From an uncultured delta proteobacterium (GTDB taxonomy: Bacteria > Myxococcota > Myxococcia > Myxococcales > Myxococcaceae), in the NCBI GenBank assembly GCA_963771175.1, contig CAVYSY010000018.1, positions 1-16,440 on the forward strand: a DNA stretch of 16,440 nt, in the 5' to 3' direction. Below, in pieces: positions 16,426-16,440 of this stretch; positions within the stretch are counted from its first letter, which is position 1; each line of letters starts with the position of its first letter. Below the pieces are notes generated by a model. That model saw nothing but the letters and a program-made list of their open reading frames with translations. It did no database searches and had not been told where the DNA came from. Position numbers and translations under genes: made by a program.

Positions 16426-16440
16426 ATTTAGCGGAACTTT

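Noticed and set aside
1..16440. CRISPR arrays, tRNA/rRNA, transposases, integrases and the many other long overlapping ORFs
   Set aside because: No regularly spaced repeats or recognisable RNA or mobile-element motifs were seen. The extra ORFs are R/A/P/G-rich shadows expected in high-GC DNA.

Overview
High-GC myxobacterial-type DNA (Myxococcaceae/Archangiaceae-like, inferred from gene families). The left 5.6 kb is a polymorphic-toxin island. It holds two divergent lipoprotein toxin/immunity pairs: a DUF2380/HH-nuclease type followed by at least two tandem immunity paralogs, and a PT-TG plus restriction-endonuclease-fold type that appears to lack its PD motif. Between them lie a collapsed Ser/Thr kinase-DUF2381 relic and a second degenerate copy of the DUF2381 tail. 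The middle has a TraR/DksA gene divergent from a sigma54-driven YwiC-hemerythrin operon with two NmpR-like boxes, then a START protein, a HAD-IG 5'-nucleotidase and a DUF2267 protein. From 10.5-13 kb there is a Zn-ribbon protein, an RDD-like membrane protein and three Lys/Arg-rich paralogs of an unrecognised family. The right end is a tightly packed minus-strand envelope operon: a Cys-rich lipoprotein with a PLA2-like NHDGC motif, a small lipoprotein, a duplicated membrane-anchored Pro-rich protein and an S1 protease with a MYXO-CTERM-like tail. About nine single-base indels in otherwise intact genes suggest assembly error. All family calls are by motif recognition; no searches were run.
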